Source: Smithella sp. UBA2180
Lineage (GTDB): Bacteria > Desulfobacterota > Syntrophia > Syntrophales > Smithellaceae
Assembly (NCBI GenBank): GCA_002327415.1
Contig: DCVU01000079.1
Location: 1-37,353 of the forward strand
Reading direction: 5' to 3'
Length of the DNA: 37,353 nucleotides
Below the pieces are notes generated by a model. That model worked only from the letters and a program-made list of their open reading frames with translations, made no database searches and had not been told where the DNA came from. Shown here one piece after another: positions 8,763 to 16,550 of the stretch. The position numbers were made by a program, and so were the translations under genes. Numbering within the stretch: position 1 is the first letter of the stretch; every line of letters starts with the position of its first letter.

Positions 8763-8981
8763 ATGACACAGGACAATTGGCTGAGAGCTTTTACAAAATC
8801 GGACAAGGACCGCTGGCTGGGCGGCATCTGCGGCGGTTTGGGCGAAACCACGCCTCTCCCTTCCTGGGCATGGCGTCTGATGTTTGTTTTACTCGTTACT
8901 ATTTACGGCACAGGATTATTCATCTATATTTTACTGTGGATATTCGCACCTAACAAACCAACGACAGAGGATCAAGAATGA
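8763..8981 (+). CDS. PspC-domain membrane protein
   Basis: 72 aa. DRWLGGICGGLGE followed by a TM helix is a PspC-domain signature. Confidence 0.7.
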   Translation: MTQDNWLRAFTKSDKDRWLGGICGGLGETTPLPSWAWRLMFVLLVTIYGTGLFIYILLWIFAPNKPTTEDQE

Positions 8982-9643
8982 GATTAAAAAACGATATTTA
9001 TATTTACGAATGGACCAATCCTTACGAAAATAACTGCAACAGCTACTTTATCGGCGGCAATGTCAACGCCTTGATCGATCCGGGGCTGACCGGTTATGTG
9101 CCCAATTTGCTTAGCCGGATGCTGGACGACGGCATCCAAAAAGAAGATATTCGCTACGTCATCAACACCCATTCTCACCCCGACCATTTTCAGGGCTCGG
9201 AAGTTTTTGATCAGGAAAAAGTCAAGGTCGGCCTGCATGTCAAAGAAATCGAATTTTTACACGGAGACGGCGGCGAGTTGTACAGCCTTTTCGGAATCAA
9301 CGCCCCCCGGATGAACGTAAATTTCCCGCTGGAAGAAGGCAATGTGGTTTTAGGAGACCAGACCTTCAAGATAATTCTTGCTCCCGGCCATTCCCCCGGT
9401 TCTATCGGCCTTTACTGGCCGGAACAAAAAGCTCTTTTTTGCGGAGACGTGGTTTTTGATCAAAGCGTCGGACGCACTGACTTTCCCGGCGGCAATGGCG
9501 CTCTTTTGAAGAAGAGCATTCTTGCTTTTTCCAAACTTGATCTGGAATGGATTTTACCCGGACACATGGGCACCTTGCATGGGGAAGGAAATATTCAGAA
9601 GAATTTTAATTTAATTATTCAGGGAATATTCCCTTATATTTAA
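8978..9643 (+). CDS. MBL-fold metallo-hydrolase
   Basis: 221 aa. Contains the HSHPDH metal motif, PGHSPGS and a later LPGH. Overlaps the upstream gene by 4 nt. Confidence 0.85.
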   Translation: MRLKNDIYIYEWTNPYENNCNSYFIGGNVNALIDPGLTGYVPNLLSRMLDDGIQKEDIRYVINTHSHPDHFQGSEVFDQEKVKVGLHVKEIEFLHGDGGELYSLFGINAPRMNVNFPLEEGNVVLGDQTFKIILAPGHSPGSIGLYWPEQKALFCGDVVFDQSVGRTDFPGGNGALLKKSILAFSKLDLEWILPGHMGTLHGEGNIQKNFNLIIQGIFPYI

Positions 9644-9674
9644 ATGCCACTTTGATTTCAAAAAATAACGAGGC

Positions 9675-9741
9675 GGCAAGGAGGATGCTCCGCAGGCGTA
9701 TTTCTAATACGTTGAGGAAGCTGACGACGAAGCCAACAAAG
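9675..9741. repeat. Repeat family 2, copy X (upstream of ettA)
   Basis: GGCAAGGAGG, then hairpin CGTATT-TCT-AATACG, then TTGAGGAAGCTGACGACGAAGCCAACAAAG. The reverse complement recurs at 11592-11659. Confidence 0.7.
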
Positions 9742-9795
9742 TTAGTCAAAGAAAGCGTAGTGGCATAAAATCTGTTTTGCGGAGAAAACTCTTTT

Positions 9796-11481
9796 ATGGC
9801 CAATGAAGGAAACAAGGTAATTTACTCCATGATCGGGGTAAGTAAGATCTACGAAAAAAAACCGGTGCTCAAAGACATTTATCTGTCTTATTTTTACGGA
9901 GCTAAAATCGGCGTGATCGGTTTGAACGGTTCCGGCAAAAGTTCTCTTTTAAAAATTCTTTCCGGCTTGGATACGGATTTTCTGGGTAAGACTATTCTGT
10001 CGGCAGGCTATACTGTCGGCTATCTGGAGCAGGAACCGCGTCTGGATGAAACCAAAACCGTGCGGCAGATCGTCGAACAGGGTGTGCAGAGCACCATGGA
10101 TTTAATTCACGAATACAATGAAATAAACGAAAAGTTTGCCGAGCCGATGTCGGATGACGAAATGGCCAAGCTTTGCGATAGACAGGGCGTCGTGCAGGAA
10201 AAACTCGACGCACTTGACGCCTGGGACATCGATTCCCGTCTGGAAATGGCCATGGACGCGCTGCGCTGTCCGCCCGGTGATACGCTTGTCAAGGTTCTCT
10301 CCGGCGGCGAACGACGCCGCGTCGCGCTGTGCCGTCTGCTTCTGCAAAAACCGGACATCCTGCTTCTGGATGAACCGACTAACCATCTGGATGCCGAATC
10401 CGTCGCCTGGCTGGAACATCATCTGCAAAAATATGAAGGCACCATCATCGCCGTCACTCACGACCGTTATTTTCTGGATAACGTCGCCGGATGGATTCTG
10501 GAACTGGACCGCGGGCAGGGCATTCCCTGGCAGGGCAACTATTCTTCGTGGCTCGAGCAAAAGCAAAACCGCCTGAAAAATGAAGAAAAAGCGGAGGGCG
10601 ACCGAATCAAAACACTGGAGCGCGAACTGGAATGGATTCGCATGTCGCCCAAAGGCCGGCACGCCAAATCCAAGGCGCGCATCAGCGCTTACGAGGAACT
10701 GCTGGGAAAAAATGCGGAAAAAGAATCTGGCACGCGGGAAATCTTTATCGCGCCGGGACCCCGTCTGGGCGATCTGGTGATTGAAACCAAAGATGTCAAC
10801 AAAGGTTACGGGGAAAAGCTGCTGGTGGAAGGCATGAGCTTCGCCTTGCCGCCCGGCGGCATTGTTGGTGTTATCGGTCCCAACGGCGCGGGCAAGACCA
10901 CACTTTTCCGCATGATTACCAAACAGGAAAAACCGGATTCCGGCTCTATCCGTATCGGCGAAACGGTAAAGCTCGCTTATGTCGATCAGAGCCGCGATTC
11001 GCTCGATCCCGATAAAAATATCTGGGAAATGATTTCCGACGGACAGGATATCATCGCCATCGGCAGCAGGCAGATCAATTCCCGAGCGTATGTTTCGAGG
11101 TATAATTTTTCCGGCACCGATCAACAGAAAAAAGTGGGAACACTCTCCGGCGGAGAACGCAACCGCGTTCATCTGGCGCGCATGCTCAAGGAAGGCGGCA
11201 ATGTTCTGCTGCTTGACGAACCGACCAATGATCTGGATGTCAACACGCTGCGCGCGCTGGAAGACGCGCTAGAAAATTTTGCCGGATGTGTTGTCGTTAT
11301 CAGCCACGACCGCTGGTTTCTGGATAGAATCTGCACACACATTCTGGCATTTGAAGGCGACAGCAAAGTGCTATTTTTTGACGGCAACTATTCGGAATAC
11401 GAGGAAGACCGCAAGAAAAGATTAGGATCTGCCGCCAGCCAGCCCCACCGCATTAAGTACCGGCAATTAACCAGAAAATAG
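9796..11481 (+). CDS. ettA: Energy-dependent translational throttle protein EttA (ABC-F ATPase)
   Basis: 561 aa. Two ABC cassettes (GLNGSGKSS / LSGGERRR / LLLDEPTNHLD and GPNGAGKTT / LSGGERNR / LLLDEPTNDLD). The N-terminus and length match EttA. Confidence 0.9.
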   Translation: MANEGNKVIYSMIGVSKIYEKKPVLKDIYLSYFYGAKIGVIGLNGSGKSSLLKILSGLDTDFLGKTILSAGYTVGYLEQEPRLDETKTVRQIVEQGVQSTMDLIHEYNEINEKFAEPMSDDEMAKLCDRQGVVQEKLDALDAWDIDSRLEMAMDALRCPPGDTLVKVLSGGERRRVALCRLLLQKPDILLLDEPTNHLDAESVAWLEHHLQKYEGTIIAVTHDRYFLDNVAGWILELDRGQGIPWQGNYSSWLEQKQNRLKNEEKAEGDRIKTLERELEWIRMSPKGRHAKSKARISAYEELLGKNAEKESGTREIFIAPGPRLGDLVIETKDVNKGYGEKLLVEGMSFALPPGGIVGVIGPNGAGKTTLFRMITKQEKPDSGSIRIGETVKLAYVDQSRDSLDPDKNIWEMISDGQDIIAIGSRQINSRAYVSRYNFSGTDQQKKVGTLSGGERNRVHLARMLKEGGNVLLLDEPTNDLDVNTLRALEDALENFAGCVVVISHDRWFLDRICTHILAFEGDSKVLFFDGNYSEYEEDRKKRLGSAASQPHRIKYRQLTRK

Positions 11482-11591
11482 CCCTGCTTCTGAAGGAAGT
11501 TTTTGCCATGCTGGCGAAAATTATCGGCAAGGTAATGTCATCTTTATTATGCGCTCTCCTCACGGGAATGCGCTTCCGATCAAAGCACTAT

Positions 11592-11659
11592 CTTTGTTGG
11601 CTGCGTCGTCGGCTTCCTCAATGTATGTACACAATACACCTCGTCACCTCCTCCTTGCC
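11592..11659. repeat. Repeat family 2, copy Y (downstream of ettA, inverted relative to X)
   Basis: CTTTGTTGGCTGCGTCGTCGGCTTCCTCAA matches the reverse complement of 9712-9741 at 28 of 30 positions. Then a short hairpin TGTAT-GTACACA-ATACA, then CCTCCTTGCC, the reverse complement of GGCAAGGAGG. Confidence 0.7.
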
Positions 11660-11676
11660 CCGCTTAAGAGGGACAG

Positions 11677-11764
11677 TTTCCAATAGCCAAAGGCTATTGG
11701 ATAATTCGACTTACAAAATTCAGTTCACTTTGCTCCTGAATTTTGAGTCTCATTACAACTAACG
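11677..11764 (+). repeat. Repeat family 3, copy 1: two-hairpin element with a conserved 3' tail
   Basis: Hairpin CCAATAGCC-AAA-GGCTATTGG, hairpin CAAAATTCAG-(12 nt)-CTGAATTTTG, and tail GAGTCTCATTACAACTAACG. Homologous to 34131-34218. Confidence 0.7.
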
Positions 11765-12072
11765 AATCCCCGTTTACTGTGTAACTGAAATTCGGGTTTC
11801 ACTGCCGCCGCGATATCATCTTTGATTGAGAAGCAGAAATAATTCCATTATTCCGATTGGTATTTTTATTCCTGGTTTTTCTTCCCTAACCCATCTTCCA
11901 ATCTCCTCAACTGCGGAAGATGGGTTAAAGGTCACACGTAAATCAAAGTTGTCGAATAAAGATTCAGAAACGGATATATAAGCATATGATTTTACAGTCC
12001 AAGTCAGAATAATCAACTTAACTGGATTGCGAAGTTAAAACGGACAATGTCTAAATGGCATTTAAATTATCA

Positions 12073-12381
12073 TTAGATAATTTGGGGGATTTTAATTTTT
12101 CTTTTTTGGGGATCTGGATGCTGACGGTAGAAAATGGCTATGTTCCCGATAATCTCTACCACTTCGCTTTTTGTCGCGTGCGCGATCTGGGCGGACATCT
12201 TTTTTTTATCTTCTTTGAACTCGCCGAATTTTACCTTGATGAGTTCATGATCTTTCAGCGCGAGATCCACCGAACCGATGAGTGTATCCGTCAAACCTTT
12301 TGCACCGATAATCACCAACGGATTTAAATGATGCGCCTGCGAGCGCAGATATTTTCTTTGTGAACCTTTAAGTTTGTCCAT
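12073..12381 (-). CDS. yhbY: Ribosome assembly RNA-binding protein YhbY (CRM domain)
   Basis: 102 aa. LKGSQRKYLRSQAHHLNPLVIIGAKGLTD...ALKDHELIKVKF is the YhbY/CRS1 signature. Confidence 0.85.
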   Translation of the reverse strand: MDKLKGSQRKYLRSQAHHLNPLVIIGAKGLTDTLIGSVDLALKDHELIKVKFGEFKEDKKKMSAQIAHATKSEVVEIIGNIAIFYRQHPDPQKRKIKIPQII

Positions 12382-12536
12382 TAATTTTCCTTGTATTAGT
12401 GTATTAAGTGTATTAGGCAGTCTTTATCACAATTAAGCCTAATAATAAACATTTATCATGATATTTTTTAGACTTTACAAAACGCATTTATCCTGATTAA
12501 AGTAAGGGCAGAAAATTCAAGGAAGGAGCATTTTTC

Positions 12537-13499
12537 GTGAGCAAGTTCAATTTGCCGGAATATGATTATGATGCAATTATTATCGGAGGCGGGCCGGCCG
12601 GCTATACCGCAGGAATCTATGCCGCCAGGAGCGGCCTTAAAACATTGCTCGTGGAAGGCGCTGCAACGGTAAGCCAGATAACTATTACCGATTTAATCGA
12701 AAATTATCCGGGTATTCCTGACGGCATCAACGGCTTTGATCTGATGCAGTTATTTAAAAAACAGGCTCTTAATTTCGGGCTGGAAATAATAACCAATGAT
12801 GTCTTGGCAATCAAAAATAATATCGCAACACCTTTTATCTGGGATGTTACGTTAGAAGATAAATCCTTTAAGGCTCTAAGCGTAATCGCGGCAACCGGAG
12901 CGAGATGGCGCAACCTGGAAGTCCCTGGAGAACAGGAATTTGCAGGGAGGGGAATTTCCTATTGCGCCACGTGCGACGGGCCATTTTATCGCAACAAGAA
13001 CGTGGTAGTTGTCGGCGGCGGCGATACGGCACTTCAGGAAGCTCTCTTTCTGACTAATTTTGCCAGTAAAGTTACCATAATCCATCGCCGCAACCGTTTG
13101 CGCGCCGCCGAAATCTTGCAGAAAAGATCTTTTACCGAAAAAAAGATCGAATTTGTCTGGAATGCAAAACTAATAGAAGTTACCGGTCAGGAATTTGTTA
13201 CCGGTGTAAAAGTAGCCGATGTTGAATCAGGCAATATTAACGAAATTGAAGCGGAAGGAGTTTTTATATTTGTCGGCCGAATTCCTCATACGGACATTTT
13301 CCGAAATATCTTAAAACTGGATGCGGGCGGCTACATTATAACAGATGAAAACATGCGCACATCAGCAGCAGGAATATTCGCCGCCGGTGATTGCCGCGCC
13401 AAACAGTTCCGACAGGTGGTAACAGCTGCGGGCGACGGAGCCAATGCCATTTACAGCGCCGAGTTATACGTCGAAGAACTCAAAGGCGAATCATACTAA
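12537..13499 (+). CDS. trxB: Thioredoxin-disulfide reductase
   Basis: 320 aa, GTG start after AAGGAGC. Contains GGGPAGYTAGIYAAR, redox-active CATCDG, GGGDTALQEA and AAGDC. Confidence 0.9.
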   Translation: MSKFNLPEYDYDAIIIGGGPAGYTAGIYAARSGLKTLLVEGAATVSQITITDLIENYPGIPDGINGFDLMQLFKKQALNFGLEIITNDVLAIKNNIATPFIWDVTLEDKSFKALSVIAATGARWRNLEVPGEQEFAGRGISYCATCDGPFYRNKNVVVVGGGDTALQEALFLTNFASKVTIIHRRNRLRAAEILQKRSFTEKKIEFVWNAKLIEVTGQEFVTGVKVADVESGNINEIEAEGVFIFVGRIPHTDIFRNILKLDAGGYIITDENMRTSAAGIFAAGDCRAKQFRQVVTAAGDGANAIYSAELYVEELKGESY

Positions 13500-13504
13500 A
13501 GGCT

Positions 13505-13564
13505 GTCATATCGAACGCAGAGAGATATCTTAAAAACAAGACTTCTCCCTTCAGTCGAAGTGAC
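13505..13564. repeat. Intergenic palindromic repeat, family 1 copy B
   Basis: GTCATATCGAAC...GAGATATCTT...AAGACTTCTC...GTCGAAGTGAC. Same termini and internal box as copies A and C. Lies 5 nt after the trxB stop. Confidence 0.65.
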
Positions 13565-13612
13565 AAAGTCTTTAGTTTAACTTAACAAACGATTGGAAAG
13601 TATAATTAATTT

Positions 13613-14458
13613 ATGGAATCTTTCATCAATGCCTGGCAGCAATTACCTTCGCAGATAAGCCCATCTCTTTTCAGCGTAGGTTCATTTCAATTACGTTACT
13701 ACAGTTTGATGTATCTTGTTGCATTCGCCATCGTCTATTTTCTTAGCATCTATCGTCTTAAAAGTGAAATTTACGAATATACGGCGGAAACGGTGCAGGA
13801 CTATCTTGTCTGGGCAATGCTTGCCATGATTTTAGGCGGCCGGTTTGGTTACGCCTTATTTTACAATTTCAGTTATTATTTACAGCATCCCCTGGAAATA
13901 ATTCTGCCCTTCGATTTTTCCAACGGAATTAAATTTGTCGGGCTCAGCGGCATGTCTTATCATGGAGGACTTATTGGCATTGTTATTGCCACTATATCAT
14001 TTTGCCGTAGACGCAAGATTAATCTTTGGCATTTCGTTGATCTTTTCTGTCCGGCCATACCGCTGGGTTACACTTTCGGTCGAATCGGCAATTTCATCAA
14101 TGGAGAATTATATGGCCGTATGACCTCTGTGCCTTGGGGAATGTATTTCCCCTTAGATTCGACACACAGCCTGCGCCACCCTTCCCAGCTTTACGAAGCG
14201 TTCTTCGAAGGAATTGTTCTCTTTGTTCTGCTGTGGATGATTAGAAAAAAGAAAAGTTTTGATGGACTGCTTCTGGGTACCTATATTTGCGGTTACGGTT
14301 TCGTGCGTTTCTTCATTGAATTTTTCCGTGAACCCGACTATCAACTTGGTCTAATTTTAAGTTTTATGAGTATGGGACAAGTCCTGTGTATATTGATGAT
14401 GATGGCGGGTATTGCTATTATCCTCTGGCGCAGGCAAGCATCATCTTCATCAAAATAA
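13613..14458 (+). CDS. lgt: Prolipoprotein diacylglyceryl transferase
   Basis: 281-aa polytopic protein with YHGGLIG and GRIGNFINGELYGR motifs. Confidence 0.9.
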   Translation: MESFINAWQQLPSQISPSLFSVGSFQLRYYSLMYLVAFAIVYFLSIYRLKSEIYEYTAETVQDYLVWAMLAMILGGRFGYALFYNFSYYLQHPLEIILPFDFSNGIKFVGLSGMSYHGGLIGIVIATISFCRRRKINLWHFVDLFCPAIPLGYTFGRIGNFINGELYGRMTSVPWGMYFPLDSTHSLRHPSQLYEAFFEGIVLFVLLWMIRKKKSFDGLLLGTYICGYGFVRFFIEFFREPDYQLGLILSFMSMGQVLCILMMMAGIAIILWRRQASSSSK

Positions 14459-14471
14459 CGCGGGAGGTTTT

Positions 14472-15797
14472 ATGGGAAAGAATCTGGTCATTATCGGCGG
14501 CGGCGCGGGCGGGGCCTCCACAGCCGCTGAAGCCAAACGAGATGATCCTTCTTTGAATGTTATCATTCTGCAAATGGGAAAATTTGTTTCTTACGCGTCC
14601 TGCCCAACCCCCTATTACATAGGCGACTTGATTAAGGATGAGAACAAACTAATTGCACGCACGCCGGCAAAATTCAATGAGGACGGAATCGGCGTGCAGC
14701 TCAACGCGGAAGTCATCAACATCAAGGAAAATATTGTTGAAATAAAAGACCGTCGTCAGGTCCCCTATGACATTCTGGTTATGGCCACAGGCACATCCGC
14801 AATTGTGCCGAACATGCCCGGCATCGATCTGCCCGGCGTTTTTTCGCTAAGAAATCTCGAAGACGCAATTCATATCAAGACGTGGCTGCGGGAGAAAAAC
14901 GCCAAACGCGTCATTATTATCGGCGGAGGCTTTATCGGTTTGGAAATGAGCGAAGCGCTGCATGCCGCAGGCATTAAAACAACGATCATTCATAAAGACG
15001 CAATGCCTGCCAACCGCTGGGACGCGGCACTGTCATCCATTATGCTTGAAGAACTTCAGACGCATGGTGTGGAATTTGTGGCTAATGCCACTGCACAGGC
15101 TATTGAAAAAGGAACGACGGCACTTCTAAGAGTAACTACCGATAAAGGCGCGTGGGATGGCGATCTGGTATTGCTGGCTATTGGCGTCAGACCGGATGCA
15201 CAACTGGCAAAATCCATCGGTTTTAACATCGGCAAAACCGGCGCGATTGCCGTCAACTTCGCCCAGCAAACATCCATGGAAAATGTTTATGCCGTCGGTG
15301 ATTGTTGTGAATCATGGCATCGCGTCAGCCGCCGCTGGGCAAATATTCAGCTTGGCGATATAGCCAACAAACAGGGACGCGTCGCGGGACGAAATATCGG
15401 CGGAAGACCGCTGACCTTTGACGGCATTGTCGGAGCACAATCCTTCCGGCTGTTTAATCTGGAATGCGCGGCCACGGGACTTTCGGAAAATGAAGCGCTT
15501 GCCGCCGGATACGCTCCGGTCAGCAACATCACATGGGGCAGCGCAATGGCTCCCGCGCCGGGAATGAGAAAAATAGGGCTGAAACTTATTGCCGATAAAT
15601 CATCAGGTAAACTGCTGGGAGCTCAGGCTGTCGGTGTTGCCGGCGTTGTGGGTAGAATTAACGCTCTTTCCGTAGCGCTCTGGGCAGGATTGAATATTGA
15701 TGAAATCGGTTATCTTGATCTGGCTTACGCGCCACCTTTCAGCGCGGCATGGGACATAATTCACAATTCCGCTCAGGCACTACGCCGAATGATCTGA
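14472..15797 (+). CDS. FAD-dependent pyridine nucleotide-disulfide oxidoreductase (CoA-disulfide reductase / NADH oxidase family)
   Basis: MGKNLVIIGGGAGG dinucleotide fold, single redox Cys in SYASCPTPYY, second Rossmann fold IIGGGFIGLE, and GDC. SD GGGAGG precedes the ATG at 14472, so the 14412 start was rejected. Confidence 0.85.
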   Translation: MGKNLVIIGGGAGGASTAAEAKRDDPSLNVIILQMGKFVSYASCPTPYYIGDLIKDENKLIARTPAKFNEDGIGVQLNAEVINIKENIVEIKDRRQVPYDILVMATGTSAIVPNMPGIDLPGVFSLRNLEDAIHIKTWLREKNAKRVIIIGGGFIGLEMSEALHAAGIKTTIIHKDAMPANRWDAALSSIMLEELQTHGVEFVANATAQAIEKGTTALLRVTTDKGAWDGDLVLLAIGVRPDAQLAKSIGFNIGKTGAIAVNFAQQTSMENVYAVGDCCESWHRVSRRWANIQLGDIANKQGRVAGRNIGGRPLTFDGIVGAQSFRLFNLECAATGLSENEALAAGYAPVSNITWGSAMAPAPGMRKIGLKLIADKSSGKLLGAQAVGVAGVVGRINALSVALWAGLNIDEIGYLDLAYAPPFSAAWDIIHNSAQALRRMI

Positions 15798-15858
15798 ACT
15801 ATTACTCCGGCGGCTAAATCATGGGTGTTCTTTCCCTGAAATTTCCAATATTTATGGA

Positions 15859-15888
15859 ACAATTATTAATAACACAATTATTAATAAC
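15859..15888. promoter_or_regulatory. Two perfect tandem 15-bp copies (ACAATTATTAATAAC), each holding the palindrome TTATTAATAA, abutting a promoter
   Basis: Copies at 15859-15873 and 15874-15888. Immediately downstream are the putative -35 TTGCCT (15891-15896), a 17-nt spacer, and -10 TAATAT (15914-15919), ahead of the 15959 gene. Confidence 0.5.
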
Positions 15889-15958
15889 TATTGCCTTATT
15901 CATACTTATCACGTAATATGCGCGCCAATTTACTTTTGATTGAAAAGGAGGAACACAT

Positions 15959-16519
15959 ATGTCGGATTTGGGAAAAATAAATGATCTTGAGGAACAGTTT
16001 TTTTTCAAGGAAAATCAGAAGATGGCGGAGAAATACCGCGCTATGCAGCAGATGAAGGAAACCAAAGAGGCGCTCGCAGTAGTGTCGGGAATTGACGATG
16101 ATCTGATACTGGAAAAATTCATTGCCCTGAATCTACGCCCGGAAACTCTCGCGTCGATTTCACTGGTACCACTTATTGAAATTGCCTGGGCTGATGGGAA
16201 TGTTGATCCGAAAGAGAAGGATGCGATCCTTAATGCAGTGGGCAAGTTCGGCTGGTCGCCGGATAGTCTTAACTACGATTTGCTCAATCAGTGGCTAAAG
16301 AACAAGCCTTCCTCTTCACTGTTAACGGCATGGAAACATTATGTGGACGCGTTATGCCATAAGATGACCAATGAAGAAGTAGCGCATTTTAAGAAAGAAA
16401 TTATGGCGCATGTTACCGTTGTCGCTGAAGCGGCCGGCGGCTTTTTGGGTATCGGCAGAATCTCTGCAGAAGAACGAAATATGATTGCTCAACTGGAAAA
16501 CACATTTTGCAACAAATAG
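15959..16519 (+). CDS. Hypothetical protein, TerB-like helical fold suspected
   Basis: 186-aa ORF with SD AAGGAGG. Contains LVPLIEIAWADGNVDPKEKDAIL, resembling TerB/DjlA-N type metal-binding helical modules. Ends 31 nt upstream of the P-type ATPase. Confidence 0.55.
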   Translation: MSDLGKINDLEEQFFFKENQKMAEKYRAMQQMKETKEALAVVSGIDDDLILEKFIALNLRPETLASISLVPLIEIAWADGNVDPKEKDAILNAVGKFGWSPDSLNYDLLNQWLKNKPSSSLLTAWKHYVDALCHKMTNEEVAHFKKEIMAHVTVVAEAAGGFLGIGRISAEERNMIAQLENTFCNK

Positions 16520-16550
16520 CGTAGACTACTACAATTGATCAGGAGCCCCC

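Noticed and set aside
10102-11172. 356-aa ORF antisense to ettA, plus several shorter ones in the same region
   Set aside because: It lies entirely inside the well-supported ettA CDS on the opposite strand. The translation is low-complexity, rich in R, A, G and F, with no motifs. This is a typical shadow ORF of a GC-rich, codon-biased gene.
11508-11762. 84-aa ORF downstream of ettA
   Set aside because: It reads straight through repeat family 2 copy Y and repeat family 3 copy 1. The coding appearance is most likely a by-product of translating the repeat elements.
11816-12016. 66-aa minus-strand ORF between the repeats and yhbY
   Set aside because: It has a TTG start, no SD and no recognisable motif. 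It could be a real small protein or a gene fragment, but I cannot support it from the sequence alone.
15859-15888. Possible CRISPR-like repeats (also considered for 31701-31800 and 31839-31867)
   Set aside because: The repeat units are only 12-15 bp. They are directly adjacent or separated by a few nt, with no spacers of 25-40 bp and no cas genes. They are operator-like sites, not CRISPR.
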